Shown here: positions 8,201-15,829 of the stretch, in pieces
Layout: each line of letters starts with the position of its first letter
Position numbering within the stretch: position 1 is the first letter of the stretch
NCBI RefSeq assembly: GCF_000007145.1
Contig: NC_003902.1
Coordinates: 520,325 to 552,324, forward strand
Reading direction: 5' to 3'
From: Xanthomonas campestris pv. campestris str. ATCC 33913
GTDB taxonomy: Bacteria; Pseudomonadota; Gammaproteobacteria; Xanthomonadales; Xanthomonadaceae
DNA length: 32,000 nt
Translations under genes and position numbers: made by a program
The notes under the pieces: generated by a model
Told to the model about the DNA's origin: nothing
What the model saw: the letters and a program-made list of their open reading frames with translations, nothing else
Database searches by the model: none

Positions 8201-8855
8201 CGTTGCCTTCGGCCTGGCTGGCATCGGCCAGCGTGGCGATCGGCTGGCCGCCACCGCTGCACAGCCGTGCGCCGCTGGCGGCATTGCGTGGGGCCGGGGC
8301 GCCAGCGGCGAAGTCGGCGGCGTTGTTGTTGGTGTCGCTGCAGCCTTCGCCGCCACGCAGCACCGCCAGCGTGTTGCTGGGTGCCGGGGCGGGCGCGTTG
8401 CCTTCGGCGCAGCTGGCATTGCTGCCGTAGCCGACCAGATCAGCGTATTCGGTGGGGCAGGTGCCGCTCAGCGCGGCGGTGCTGTTGCGCAACGCCACCT
8501 TGCCAGCGGTGCCGCTCATGGCCAGCGTGCCGGTGGCATCGGGCGTGGGCAGCGCAACGCTGCCGCCGCTGCCATCGGCCTGTTTGATCAGGTAATAGCC
8601 ACCGGCCGGCACCGTGCCCGCCAATGGCGTGGTCTGCCAGCTGCTGCCGGCGGCCGAGGCGTATTGCACCGACCAGCCGTCCAGGCTGACCGTGGTGGTG
8701 CCGGTGTTGTGCAGCTCGATGAAATCGCTGCGGAGGGTGGCGCCACTGTTGCCGCCACCGCCGTAGACCTGGCTGATGACGACTTCGGCGCTGGCGTGGC
8801 CGGCAAACGCCAGCGCACAGACGAATAAGGCTGCACGACGCTGCAACACTTGCAT
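5274..8855 (-). CDS. Secreted ExeM/NucH-family extracellular nuclease (LTD + Calx-beta + endonuclease/exonuclease/phosphatase + DUF11 repeats)
   Basis: Signal peptide MQVLQRRAALFVCALAFAGHASA. Lamin-tail domain (VVISQVYGGGGNSGATLRSDFIELHNTG..GWSVQY). Calx-beta (GTAVAGSDYVALPATGVQIAAGERTATVAVEVLGDTTPEPDETFTL). EEP domain (VAVATYNMERFFD ... GDFNAFEF ... LSDHDP). C-terminal DUF11-type repeats. The ATG at 8855 is preceded by AGGGGA. Confidence 0.85.
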   Translation of the reverse strand: MQVLQRRAALFVCALAFAGHASAEVVISQVYGGGGNSGATLRSDFIELHNTGTTTVSLDGWSVQYASAAGSSWQTTPLAGTVPAGGYYLIKQADGSGGSVALPTPDATGTLAMSGTAGKVALRNSTAALSGTCPTEYADLVGYGSNASCAEGNAPAPAPSNTLAVLRGGEGCSDTNNNAADFAAGAPAPRNAASGARLCSGGGQPIATLADASQAEGNAGSRSVVFTLSLSQPAGAGGVRFTAATANGTAVAGSDYVALPATGVQIAAGERTATVAVEVLGDTTPEPDETFTLQISGLTGALPAKLSATGTIVNDDFQLLPIHAIQGKGARSPLDGQVVATSGIVTARRSAGFFLQAPTAEADADPATSEGVYVYTGSAPPDTAAIGNRVRVQGTVIEYVPTADPTQPPLTEIGGVLTVLLDSTGNALPEPVLLSAALPNPNGAFDQLEALEGMRVAAPSLTVNAPTGGNVNETTATATSNGVFHAVVSELPRAFREPGVQLPDPLPAGSPAGVPRWNTNPEVIAVGSAGVGAERLDLAAGCRVFNVVGPLDYSFRRYTLYPERTPQVSCNGADQPRPAPRPQADDVAVATYNMERFFDDQNDPAIGEPVLTPAAFQARLNKASLAIRNYLHTPDILGTVEVENISVLQTLAARINADAVAAGQQDPKYVAYLQEGNDVGGIDVGFLVKTADVSGGVPRVEVVSVAQEGKATTWTEPGGAVSLLNDRPPLVLSTRVHQADGRVLPLTTIVVHQRSLNGAETDDAAGTRIRAKRQAQASYLARLLQARQQLDPAERVLVMGDFNAFEFNDGYVDAMGTVTGKPAADAQTVVSGDGIDLVDPDYTDLTWFNTPDQSYSYAFDGNVQSLDHILANDALMRASNIASLSVGHARINADFPGTARNDANTPTRLSDHDPTVVLLRMTPQVNADMRVAVTAARDQVLEGERIDYTVDVENGGPNSAAFPAVALAFDAAVSPRVTAAPGWTCNPPETGSQTVLTCTAPSLAAGNAQSFTVQLDAGADLAGRTLTLAASVASQSPDPQPDNNTDTAKVAVQARLRSDLAVRLEGPASLPTTAFNASYRVLLDNRGNAPATGVSVRVEGNTLSALSLLVPPRGWRCDKQLQSLRSAVFVCTTAAALQPGAQTAFQLTVATKPIPAERAVQVQATASSSSPDANPADNAARISTPIGGGAGRR

Positions 8856-9380
8856 GAGATGAGAGTCCCCTGATCCTTGAGACGTGGAGCGCTCCCCTGG
8901 TCCGGCCACGTCCCTGGCCGGCAGCGCTGTTCGATTCTGCATAAATTTGCAGGCCTAGGTTGACGATACGGTGACACCGGCGCAGTGGCTGCGACTGCGC
9001 TGGCGGCTGGCCGGGTGGTTCAGAAGCGAAACACCTCCCCGTCTGCCACGCCCGGACGTGCGGCGTCCGATGAGTGGCCGTGTCTCGCGCGGCACGCTGT
9101 GCGGGCAGCCAGCTTGCGCCCGAGCACGGCGGCCCAGCGCTGAAAGCAGCCAGGTAGCCAGGCAATGCGGGCTGTGCTCGCCCAGCCCCGGAACGGGCGC
9201 CAACCAGACGCCGCAGGCATCCACGCCCTCGCACCGGGTGCGGACGAGCAACGGACGCCTGGTTCATCCATCCCGGCCACCCGGGATGCGCATTCACTGG
9301 GGCCACGCCTCGAATGGTTACCGACCTGGACGGCACCGGCGCAGTTCGGTTCCATCCCGGCGGCGACGCCCATCCACTCT

Positions 9381-9471
9381 CAACCGCCAACCGCCAACCG
9401 CCAACCGCCAACCGCCAACCGCCAATCCCCAATCCCCAATCCCCAATCCCCAATCCCCAATCCCCAATCCC
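9381..9471. repeat. Compound heptanucleotide microsatellite (CAACCGC)x6 followed by (CAATCCC)x7
   Basis: Counted directly: six perfect CAACCGC units (9381-9422), then seven perfect CAATCCC units (9423-9471). The array ends 44 bp before the kynA ATG. Confidence 0.95.
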
Positions 9472-9514
9472 CGCCGCTGAGCTACCCTGACCGGCCCGAT
9501 CCATTTGCATCGCC

Positions 9515-10411
9515 ATGCCCGTCGACAAGAACCTGCGTGACCTGGAACCCGGCATCCACACCGATCTGGAAGGGCGGCTGACCTACGGCGGCTACCTGCG
9601 CCTGGACCAGTTGCTGAGTGCGCAGCAGCCCTTGTCCGAGCCGGCGCACCACGACGAAATGCTGTTCATCATCCAGCACCAGACCTCCGAGCTGTGGCTG
9701 AAACTGCTGGCCCACGAGCTGCGCGCGGCCATCGTGCACCTGCAGCGCGACGAGGTCTGGCAATGCCGCAAGGTGCTGGCGCGCAGCAAGCAGGTGCTGC
9801 GCCAGCTGACCGAGCAATGGTCGGTGCTGGAAACGCTGACCCCCAGCGAGTACATGGGCTTTCGCGATGTGCTCGGCCCCTCATCGGGCTTCCAGTCGCT
9901 GCAATACCGCTACATCGAGTTCCTGCTGGGCAACAAGAATCCGCAGATGCTGCAGGTGTTCGCCTATGACCCTGCCGGCCAGGCACGGCTGCGCGAAGTA
10001 CTGGAAGCCCCGAGCCTGTACGAGGAATTCCTGCGCTACCTGGCGCGCTTCGGGCATGCGATTCCGCAGCAATACCAGGCCCGCGACTGGACCGCTGCGC
10101 ACGTGGCCGACGACACGCTGCGGCCGGTGTTCGAGCGCATCTACGAAAATACCGACCGCTACTGGCGCGAATATTCGCTGTGCGAAGACCTGGTGGATGT
10201 GGAAACCCAGTTCCAGCTGTGGCGCTTCCGGCACATGCGCACGGTGATGCGGGTGATCGGCTTCAAACGCGGCACCGGCGGCTCCAGTGGCGTGGGGTTC
10301 CTGCAGCAGGCCCTGGCACTGACCTTCTTCCCGGAGCTGTTCGACGTGCGTACGTCCGTAGGCGTGGACAACCGACCGCCGCAGGGGAGTGCGGACGCTG
10401 GGAAGCGCTGA
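9515..10411 (+). CDS. kynA: Tryptophan 2,3-dioxygenase
   Basis: 298 aa, [83 protein letters not shown]. This matches my recollection of the crystallised Xanthomonas campestris TDO. Confidence 0.95.
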   Translation: MPVDKNLRDLEPGIHTDLEGRLTYGGYLRLDQLLSAQQPLSEPAHHDEMLFIIQHQTSELWLKLLAHELRAAIVHLQRDEVWQCRKVLARSKQVLRQLTEQWSVLETLTPSEYMGFRDVLGPSSGFQSLQYRYIEFLLGNKNPQMLQVFAYDPAGQARLREVLEAPSLYEEFLRYLARFGHAIPQQYQARDWTAAHVADDTLRPVFERIYENTDRYWREYSLCEDLVDVETQFQLWRFRHMRTVMRVIGFKRGTGGSSGVGFLQQALALTFFPELFDVRTSVGVDNRPPQGSADAGKR

Positions 10412-10501
10412 GCGAGGCAAAAAGCTTGGCAACGCAGGGGGGGCGCTGAAGCTCGGGAGAGCACTTGCTCGGGAAAGCACTTAGTGGAGAAGTTGCTCGA
10501 A

Positions 10502-10542
10502 GCCCCTCTCCCGGCGGGAGAGGGGTTGGGGTGAGGGTACGG
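10502..10542. repeat. REP-like hairpin unit (type A), solo copy
   Basis: gcccctctcccggcgggagaggggttggggtgagggtacgg has the same sequence family and orientation as 15389-15429. Internal hairpin cccctctccc/gggagagggg. Confidence 0.8.
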
Positions 10543-10616
10543 GCCTCATCCCCGGGATCAGCTACTTGCTGATGCTCGTACTTCGGCGATCGGCACCACC
10601 CAGCGACATCGCACCC

Positions 10617-10657
10617 TCATCCGCCCTGCGGGCACCTTCTCCCAGCGGGAGAAGGGG
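10617..10657. repeat. REP-like hairpin unit (type B), intergenic copy
   Basis: tcatccgccctgcgggcaccttctcccagcgggagaagggg, with hairpin ccttctccc/gggagaagg. Partner copy inside E2 at 1764-1807. Confidence 0.7.
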
Positions 10658-10820
10658 AAGCGGGCATGCGGCGGTGGGAGATGCGGGCGTTTCCACCCGT
10701 CGTCATCCGGTCGCCGAGTCCGGCGAATTTGACGCGTACATGACGTCTAAGTGATCCTCGCGCGTCGCCCCGGGTTCGCCCCAGGCACCCAGCCATTACT
10801 GAATACGCAAGGGACACTTC

Positions 10821-12341
10821 ATGAGCGTTGACGCTGCCGCGCCGACTTCCGCCTCCACTCCGCCGCAACCGCCTGCGCCTCCCCAGTTCCCCACCTTGCT
10901 CGGCCACCCCCGGCCGCTGTGGATGCTGTTCATGACCGAATTCTGGGAACGCTTTGCGTTCTACGGCATTCGTTGGGCGCTGGTGCTGTACATCGTGGCG
11001 CAGTTCTTCGGCGGCGAAGCCAGCGGCCAGGCCCCGGCCGGGCGCACCTACGGCGCCTATCTGGCGCTGGTGTACGCGGCGGCGATCTTCGGCGGCTACG
11101 TGGCCGACCGCGTGCTCGGCTACCAGCGCTCTATCCTGGTGGGCGCGGCGGTGATGGCCACGGGCCTGTTCCTGATCGCGGTGCCCAACCATGTGGTGTT
11201 CGAGATCGGCCTGGCCACGGTCGTGGTGGGCAACGGGCTGTTCAAACCCAACATCTCCACCATGGTCGGCAAGCTGTATTCGGTGGCCGACCCGCGCCGC
11301 GACAGCGGGTTCACCATCTTCTACATGGGCATCAACCTCGGCGCGATGATCTCGCCGGTGCTGACCCAGCTGCTGGCCGAAAAGGTCTTCGGCACCGAAG
11401 CCATGCCGTCCTACAAGATGGTGTTCATGGCCTCGGGCGTGGGCATGCTGATCAGCCTGGTCTGGTTCTGGATCGGCCGCCGTCAGCTGGCCGGCATCGG
11501 CGCACCGGCGCCCAACGCGCAGGGCATGGGCCGTGTGCTGATGGTGCTGGGCGGCTGCCTGGTGTCGATCCCGGTGGTGTATTTCCTGCTGGCAGTCGGC
11601 GCGGATGTGTTGCAGGCGGTGCTCACGGTGCTGTTCATCGGCCTGTCGGTGCTGCTGTTGATCGAAGGCATCCGCGAGGGCAAGGTGCAGCGCGACAAGG
11701 TGATCGCGATGCTGATCATCTTCGCCTTCAACGTGCTGTTCTGGATGTTCTTCGAACAGGCCGGCAGCTCTTTCACCTTCCTGGCCGACAACATCGTCAA
11801 CCGCACCTTCGGCAATTGGACCTTCCCCACGGCGTGGTTCCAGTCGGTGAACTCCATCGCCATCATCGCCCTGGCGCCAGTGATTGCCTGGATCTGGGTC
11901 AAGTCCGGCCGCTTCAACCCGTCCATTCCGCGCAAGTTCGGCCTGGGCCTGATCTTCAACGGTCTGGCGTTCCTGCTGCTGATGTTTGCGCTTTCCAGCC
12001 TGGTGAGCGACGCCGGCAAGATCCCGTTCTGGACCTTGTTCATGGTCTACGTGATTCAGTCGGTGGGTGAGCTGTGCCTGTCGCCGATCGGCCTGTCGAT
12101 GGTGACCAAGCTGGCCCCGGTGCGCCTGGTCGGTTTCGGGATGGGCGGCTGGTTTTTGTCTACCGGCATCGGCAACAACCTGTCGGGCATTTTTGCCGGC
12201 CATGTCAGCGGTAGCGAAGGCATGAGCGTGTCCTCGGCCCTGGGCGGGTATACCTTCGGGTTCTGGGCCCTGCTGGGCGCTGGCGCGTTGCTGTTCCTGG
12301 TCGCGCCGTTGATCAACAAACTGATGCATGGTGTGAAGTGA
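10821..12341 (+). CDS. Proton-dependent oligopeptide transporter (POT/PTR2 family di-/tripeptide permease)
   Basis: 506 aa polytopic membrane protein with the PTR2 signature region (FMTEFWERFAFYGIRWALVLYI; GGYVADRVLGYQRSILVG; FKPNISTMVGKLY). AAGGGA lies upstream of the ATG. Confidence 0.9.
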   Translation: MSVDAAAPTSASTPPQPPAPPQFPTLLGHPRPLWMLFMTEFWERFAFYGIRWALVLYIVAQFFGGEASGQAPAGRTYGAYLALVYAAAIFGGYVADRVLGYQRSILVGAAVMATGLFLIAVPNHVVFEIGLATVVVGNGLFKPNISTMVGKLYSVADPRRDSGFTIFYMGINLGAMISPVLTQLLAEKVFGTEAMPSYKMVFMASGVGMLISLVWFWIGRRQLAGIGAPAPNAQGMGRVLMVLGGCLVSIPVVYFLLAVGADVLQAVLTVLFIGLSVLLLIEGIREGKVQRDKVIAMLIIFAFNVLFWMFFEQAGSSFTFLADNIVNRTFGNWTFPTAWFQSVNSIAIIALAPVIAWIWVKSGRFNPSIPRKFGLGLIFNGLAFLLLMFALSSLVSDAGKIPFWTLFMVYVIQSVGELCLSPIGLSMVTKLAPVRLVGFGMGGWFLSTGIGNNLSGIFAGHVSGSEGMSVSSALGGYTFGFWALLGAGALLFLVAPLINKLMHGVK

Positions 12342-12352
12342 GGAGAACCGCA

Positions 12353-12943
12353 ATGCGGATCAAAGCGACTGTCTGTGGCCTGCTGATGGCAGGTCTGTTG
12401 AGCGCCTGCGGGCAGCCCACCGACCAGCAACAGGCGCCACGGCCGCTGGACACTTCCATGCAAAAACCACCCAGTGCCGATCCCAGCCAGCCGGTGTCCT
12501 CGGGCAACACGCCCACCGCGGCGGATATCGCTGCGGCGGCCGCGCTCAATGCGCAGTACGACCCCTCGCGCGATCCGGCAGCGGATCTGGAAACGGCCAA
12601 GGTCGAAGCCAAGCGCGGTGGCAAGCGCATCGTGCTCAATGTCGGCAATGCCGCGTGCGCGCCGTGCCAGGCACTGGACGAGGTGATGGGCGGCGATGCG
12701 GAGCTGCGCAGCTTTCGCGACGCGCATTTCGTGGTGGTCAAGGTCAACCGCGATGCGTCCAACGAGAATGCCGCGTTCCTGTCGCAGTTCGCCCAGCTCA
12801 ACGACTTTCCCTCGCTGCTGGTGCTGGACAACGACGGCAAGCCCTTGACGCTGCAGGCCGGCCCGGAACTGCGCAAGGGCGATGGCTACGACCGCAAGAA
12901 GCTGTTCGACTTTCTCAAGCAGTGGGCACCGCCGGAAGCCTGA
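12353..12943 (+). CDS. Thioredoxin-fold lipoprotein (CxxC motif)
   Basis: Lipoprotein signal MRIKATVCGLLMAGLLSAC. Thioredoxin-like core RIVLNVGNAACAPCQALD..VVVKVNRD..FPSLLVLDNDGKPL. GAGGAG precedes the ATG at 12353, which lies 12 nt after the POT stop. Confidence 0.7.
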   Translation: MRIKATVCGLLMAGLLSACGQPTDQQQAPRPLDTSMQKPPSADPSQPVSSGNTPTAADIAAAAALNAQYDPSRDPAADLETAKVEAKRGGKRIVLNVGNAACAPCQALDEVMGGDAELRSFRDAHFVVVKVNRDASNENAAFLSQFAQLNDFPSLLVLDNDGKPLTLQAGPELRKGDGYDRKKLFDFLKQWAPPEA

Positions 12944-12966
12944 GCACGGTTCCTGCTGGAGTTACA

Positions 12967-12999
12967 ACAAAACCCCCCGCCAGTGCGGGGGTTTTTGTT
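12967..12999 (+). terminator. Rho-independent terminator after the POT/thioredoxin-like gene pair
   Basis: aaaaccccccgc-cagt-gcgggggttttt followed by gtt. Confidence 0.75.
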
Positions 13000-13432
13000 G
13001 GGTGTGGCTTGCTGGATCGCTGCGTGCCGCATGTGCCCAAGCCGATCCGGGCGTGCAGGTGCGTGGCAGTGGACGCCCAGCAGCGCAGATAACCGATGCG
13101 GTGGTGCAGGTACGTGCTGTCTAGCGCGCGGCACCGCGCTCTGCGGGCGGATGGCGCGCTGACGCCGGCTGCGAATGCGCGCGCGGGAAGCGACGCAGTG
13201 GGCGGCGAACCTGTGACCGCGCAAGACCGCGCGGCTCTGCTTGCATAGCCGCGGGTCGCGGCATACGTCGCAGGCCAACGCCACAGCACATGCAACGCTG
13301 GCCGCACCAGCCTTACGCCACCAGCATCCGGCGCATCAAACAGACCGCAGGCGTGCTCTTCCAGAACGCGGATGGCGCACAGCGCACGACCGAACCAGCG
13401 CTTCTCCCCGAAGCTGCACCGCAAACCCGCAC

Positions 13433-13921
13433 TCAGTCCTTGCTGGCCATCCGCGGCAACCCGTCCTTGGCCAGGCGGTCGATCAGCCGTTCCAGCGTCT
13501 GCTGTTCTTCGGCGCTGAACACCGACATCAGCCGCTGCTCCATCTCGTTGACCAGCGGTGCCACGGTCTCGTACACCTGGCGCCCGGCCGGCGACAGCGC
13601 CAGCATCGAGCGGCGGCGGTCGTCGCCGTGCGTTTCGCGCCGGATGAAGCCCCGTTCCAGCAGGCGCGCCACCGCGCGGCTGACGGCAACTTTGTCCATC
13701 GCCGTGCGGTCTGACACTTCACTGGCCGAGGAGCCCGGATACAGTGCCAGGATGGTGATCACCCGCCACTCGGGAATGGCCATGCCATAGCGGTCGCCGT
13801 AGACCTTGGCGATGTTGCCGCTGATGCGGTTGGACAGCACGCTGAGGCGATAGGGCAGGAACTGCTCGAGGTTGAGCAGGACGGGATGCGGCGACGGTGT
13901 GGGGGTGTCGAGATCGCTCAT
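13433..13921 (-). CDS. MarR-family transcriptional regulator, divergent from hppD
   Basis: 162 aa from the ATG at 13921 (MSDLDTPTPS..). Winged-helix MarR core: WRVITILALYPGSSASEVSDRTAMDKVAVSRAVARLLERGFIRRETHGDDRRRSMLALSPAGRQVY. Confidence 0.85.
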   Translation of the reverse strand: MSDLDTPTPSPHPVLLNLEQFLPYRLSVLSNRISGNIAKVYGDRYGMAIPEWRVITILALYPGSSASEVSDRTAMDKVAVSRAVARLLERGFIRRETHGDDRRRSMLALSPAGRQVYETVAPLVNEMEQRLMSVFSAEEQQTLERLIDRLAKDGLPRMASKD

Positions 13922-14043
13922 GTTGCACTGTGTCTTGATTTTGGTTTCATTTGCAACTACAAACGGAGGGTGGCCTGCGCATTCTCGCGGGTCTTCTGCC
14001 ACCCCGCATAGCCCCGCGGGCGCCCTAGCGTGGAGAAACGACG
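13922..14043. promoter_or_regulatory. Divergent MarR/hppD control region with inverted repeat GTTGCA-N24-TGCAAC
   Basis: AT-rich stretch tgtcttgattttggtttcatttgcaactacaaa. Candidate -35 TTGATT (13935-13940) and -10 TACAAA (13958-13963) for hppD. Inverted repeat arms at 13922-13927 and 13952-13957. Confidence 0.35.
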
Positions 14044-15159
14044 ATGAGCGCACAACCGAACACCACTGCAACGCGCCCGGACCCGGGCATGCAGGTCACC
14101 ACCTTCGAAAATCCGATGGGCATCGACGGGTTCGAATTCGTCGAATTCGCCGCCCCCGCCGGCCAGGCCGCGCAGTTGCACGACTACTTCCGCAAGATGG
14201 GCTTCACCGCGGTGCTGCGCCATCGCAGCCGCCCGATCACCGTGTATCGCCAGGGCGGGGTGAACTTTCTGCTCAACGAAGACCCGGATTCGTTCGCGGC
14301 CGATTTCGCCGCCGCCCACGGCCCGTGCGCCTGCGGTTTTGCGATCCGCTTCCGCACCCCGGCCGACACCGTGCTGCAGACCGTGCTCGGCAACGGCGGC
14401 GAAGCCGTGCAGAAGAAGCCCGACATGCGCGCGGTGCCGGCGCCGGTGGTCAAGGGCATTGGCGATTGCATGCTGTACCTGGTGGACCGCTACGGCGAGG
14501 CGGGGAGCATCTACGACGCCGACTACGAGGCAATCGAAGGCGCCGACCAGCACCCGGCCGGCTTCGGGCTCACCTTCATCGACCACCTGACCCACAACCT
14601 GTACTTCGGCAACATGCAGCAGTGGTCGGATTACTACGAGCGGCTGTTCAACTTCCGCGAGATCCGCTACTTCGACATCAAGGGCGCCAAGACCGGTTTG
14701 GTGTCCAAGGCGATGACTGCCCCGGACGGCATTGTGCGCATTCCGCTCAATGAGTCTTCCGACCCGAAGAGCCAGATCAACGAATACCTGGACGCGTATC
14801 AGGGCGAAGGCATTCAGCACATCGCCTGCTTCACCGACGACATCTACACCTCGGTGGAACGGATGCGCGCTGCCGGCGTCACATTCCTGGACACGCCGGA
14901 CACCTATTTCGACGTGGTGGACCTGCGCATTCCCGATCATGGTGAAGACGTCGAGCGCCTGCGTCGCAACAAGATCCTGATCGACGCCGACGTGGACACC
15001 AAACAGCGCAAGTTGCTGCAGATCTTCACCACCAACTGCATCGGCCCGATCTTCTTCGAGATCATCCAGCGCAAGGGCAATGAAGGCTTCGGCGAAGGCA
15101 ACTTCCAGGCCTTGTTCGAAAGCATCGAGCGCGATCAGATGAAGCGTGGGGTGCTTTGA
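14044..15159 (+). CDS. hppD: 4-hydroxyphenylpyruvate dioxygenase
   Basis: 371 aa: FENPMGIDGFEFVEFAAP.. ; ..IDHLTHNLYFGNMQQW..; ..GEGIQHIACFTDDIY..; ..QIFTTNCIGPIFFEIIQRKGNEGFGEGNFQALFESIERDQ. GGAGAA precedes the ATG. Confidence 0.95.
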   Translation: MSAQPNTTATRPDPGMQVTTFENPMGIDGFEFVEFAAPAGQAAQLHDYFRKMGFTAVLRHRSRPITVYRQGGVNFLLNEDPDSFAADFAAAHGPCACGFAIRFRTPADTVLQTVLGNGGEAVQKKPDMRAVPAPVVKGIGDCMLYLVDRYGEAGSIYDADYEAIEGADQHPAGFGLTFIDHLTHNLYFGNMQQWSDYYERLFNFREIRYFDIKGAKTGLVSKAMTAPDGIVRIPLNESSDPKSQINEYLDAYQGEGIQHIACFTDDIYTSVERMRAAGVTFLDTPDTYFDVVDLRIPDHGEDVERLRRNKILIDADVDTKQRKLLQIFTTNCIGPIFFEIIQRKGNEGFGEGNFQALFESIERDQMKRGVL

Positions 15160-15388
15160 TAGCCGGGATGGGTGATTCGCTACTCGGGATTTGTGGTTGC
15201 TGCCATTAATTGCTTCGGTGCGGTTTTGAGTGGTGCAGATTGTTGCGGTGCCGCGCCTGGCTGCCCGTGATGTCGGATGTGGTTCCGGTACGGATCCGAC
15301 GAAGCGAGCGGCAAGTGGTCGCGATCAAGCACGACCAGTCAAGGCATTTTTCTGACAACACACAGCAACGAAGACGCACGTAGTCAAA

Positions 15389-15429
15389 GCCCCTCTCCCT
15401 GCGGGAGAGGGGTTGGGGTGAGGGTACGG
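15389..15429. repeat. Left inverted repeat flanking the DUF559 gene (REP-like type A)
   Basis: gcccctctccctgcgggagaggggttggggtgagggtacgg. Its reverse complement recurs at 15785-15825, differing only in the hairpin loop. Confidence 0.85.
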
Positions 15430-15436
15430 TGGAGCG

Positions 15437-15829
15437 ATGAAAATCAAACCACCATTACCCACTGTCACACGCACCCATGCGCGCGCATTACGCAAAGAGC
15501 TGACAGACGCAGAACGCGCACTTTGGCGCTGTCTACGCAGCAACCAGCTACACGATTTCAAGTTCAGACGTCAGCATCCGATTCCGCCCTACATCGCAGA
15601 TTTTTGTTGTATCGATGCAGCATTGATTATTGAGCTGGATGGATCGCAGCACCAAGCATCCAGCGATCAGGCAAGGACGCGGTGGCTTCAATCGAAGGGA
15701 TGGACAGTGCTGCGCTTCTGGAATAACGATGTGTTGTTTTCGCTGGATGCGGTGGTTGAAACGATCTTCAAGATGGTCGCTACGCCGTACCCTCACCCCA
15801 ACCCCTCTCCCGGTGGGAGAGGGGCTTGA
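15437..15829 (+). CDS. DUF559 (Vsr-like endonuclease fold) domain protein
   Basis: 130 aa: ARALRKELTDAERALWRCLRSNQLHDFKFRRQHPIPPYIADFCCIDAALIIELDGSQH..DQARTRWLQSKGWTVLRFWNNDV. The SD GGTGGAG directly follows the left repeat. The last 14 codons and the stop lie inside the right repeat. Confidence 0.85.
   Translation: MKIKPPLPTVTRTHARALRKELTDAERALWRCLRSNQLHDFKFRRQHPIPPYIADFCCIDAALIIELDGSQHQASSDQARTRWLQSKGWTVLRFWNNDVLFSLDAVVETIFKMVATPYPHPNPSPGGRGA
15785..15825. repeat. Right inverted repeat flanking the DUF559 gene (REP-like type A, inverted)
   Basis: ccgtaccctcaccccaacccctctcccggtgggagaggggc is the reverse complement of the 15389-15429 family. Confidence 0.85.

Noticed and set aside
6120-8828. 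902-aa plus-strand ORF opposite the nuclease gene
   Set aside because: Gly/Ala/Arg-rich with no domain-like sequence. The opposite strand encodes a well-supported multidomain nuclease.
9381-9471. Possible CRISPR array
   Set aside because: The units are 7 bp and contiguous with no spacers. This is a microsatellite, not a CRISPR array.
8440-9561. 373-aa minus ORF and 169-aa plus ORF (8971-9480) spanning the nuclease/kynA intergenic region
   Set aside because: Both read through the heptamer microsatellite, giving WGLGIGD or PPTANRQ repeats. They overlap each other and real gene ends, and they have no start context. They are treated as non-coding.
10617-12353. 578-aa minus-strand ORF opposite the POT transporter (also 10919-12070 plus, and 12056-12876 minus)
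   Set aside because: His/Arg/Gln/Asp-rich nonsense composition, whereas the plus-strand frame has clear POT signatures.
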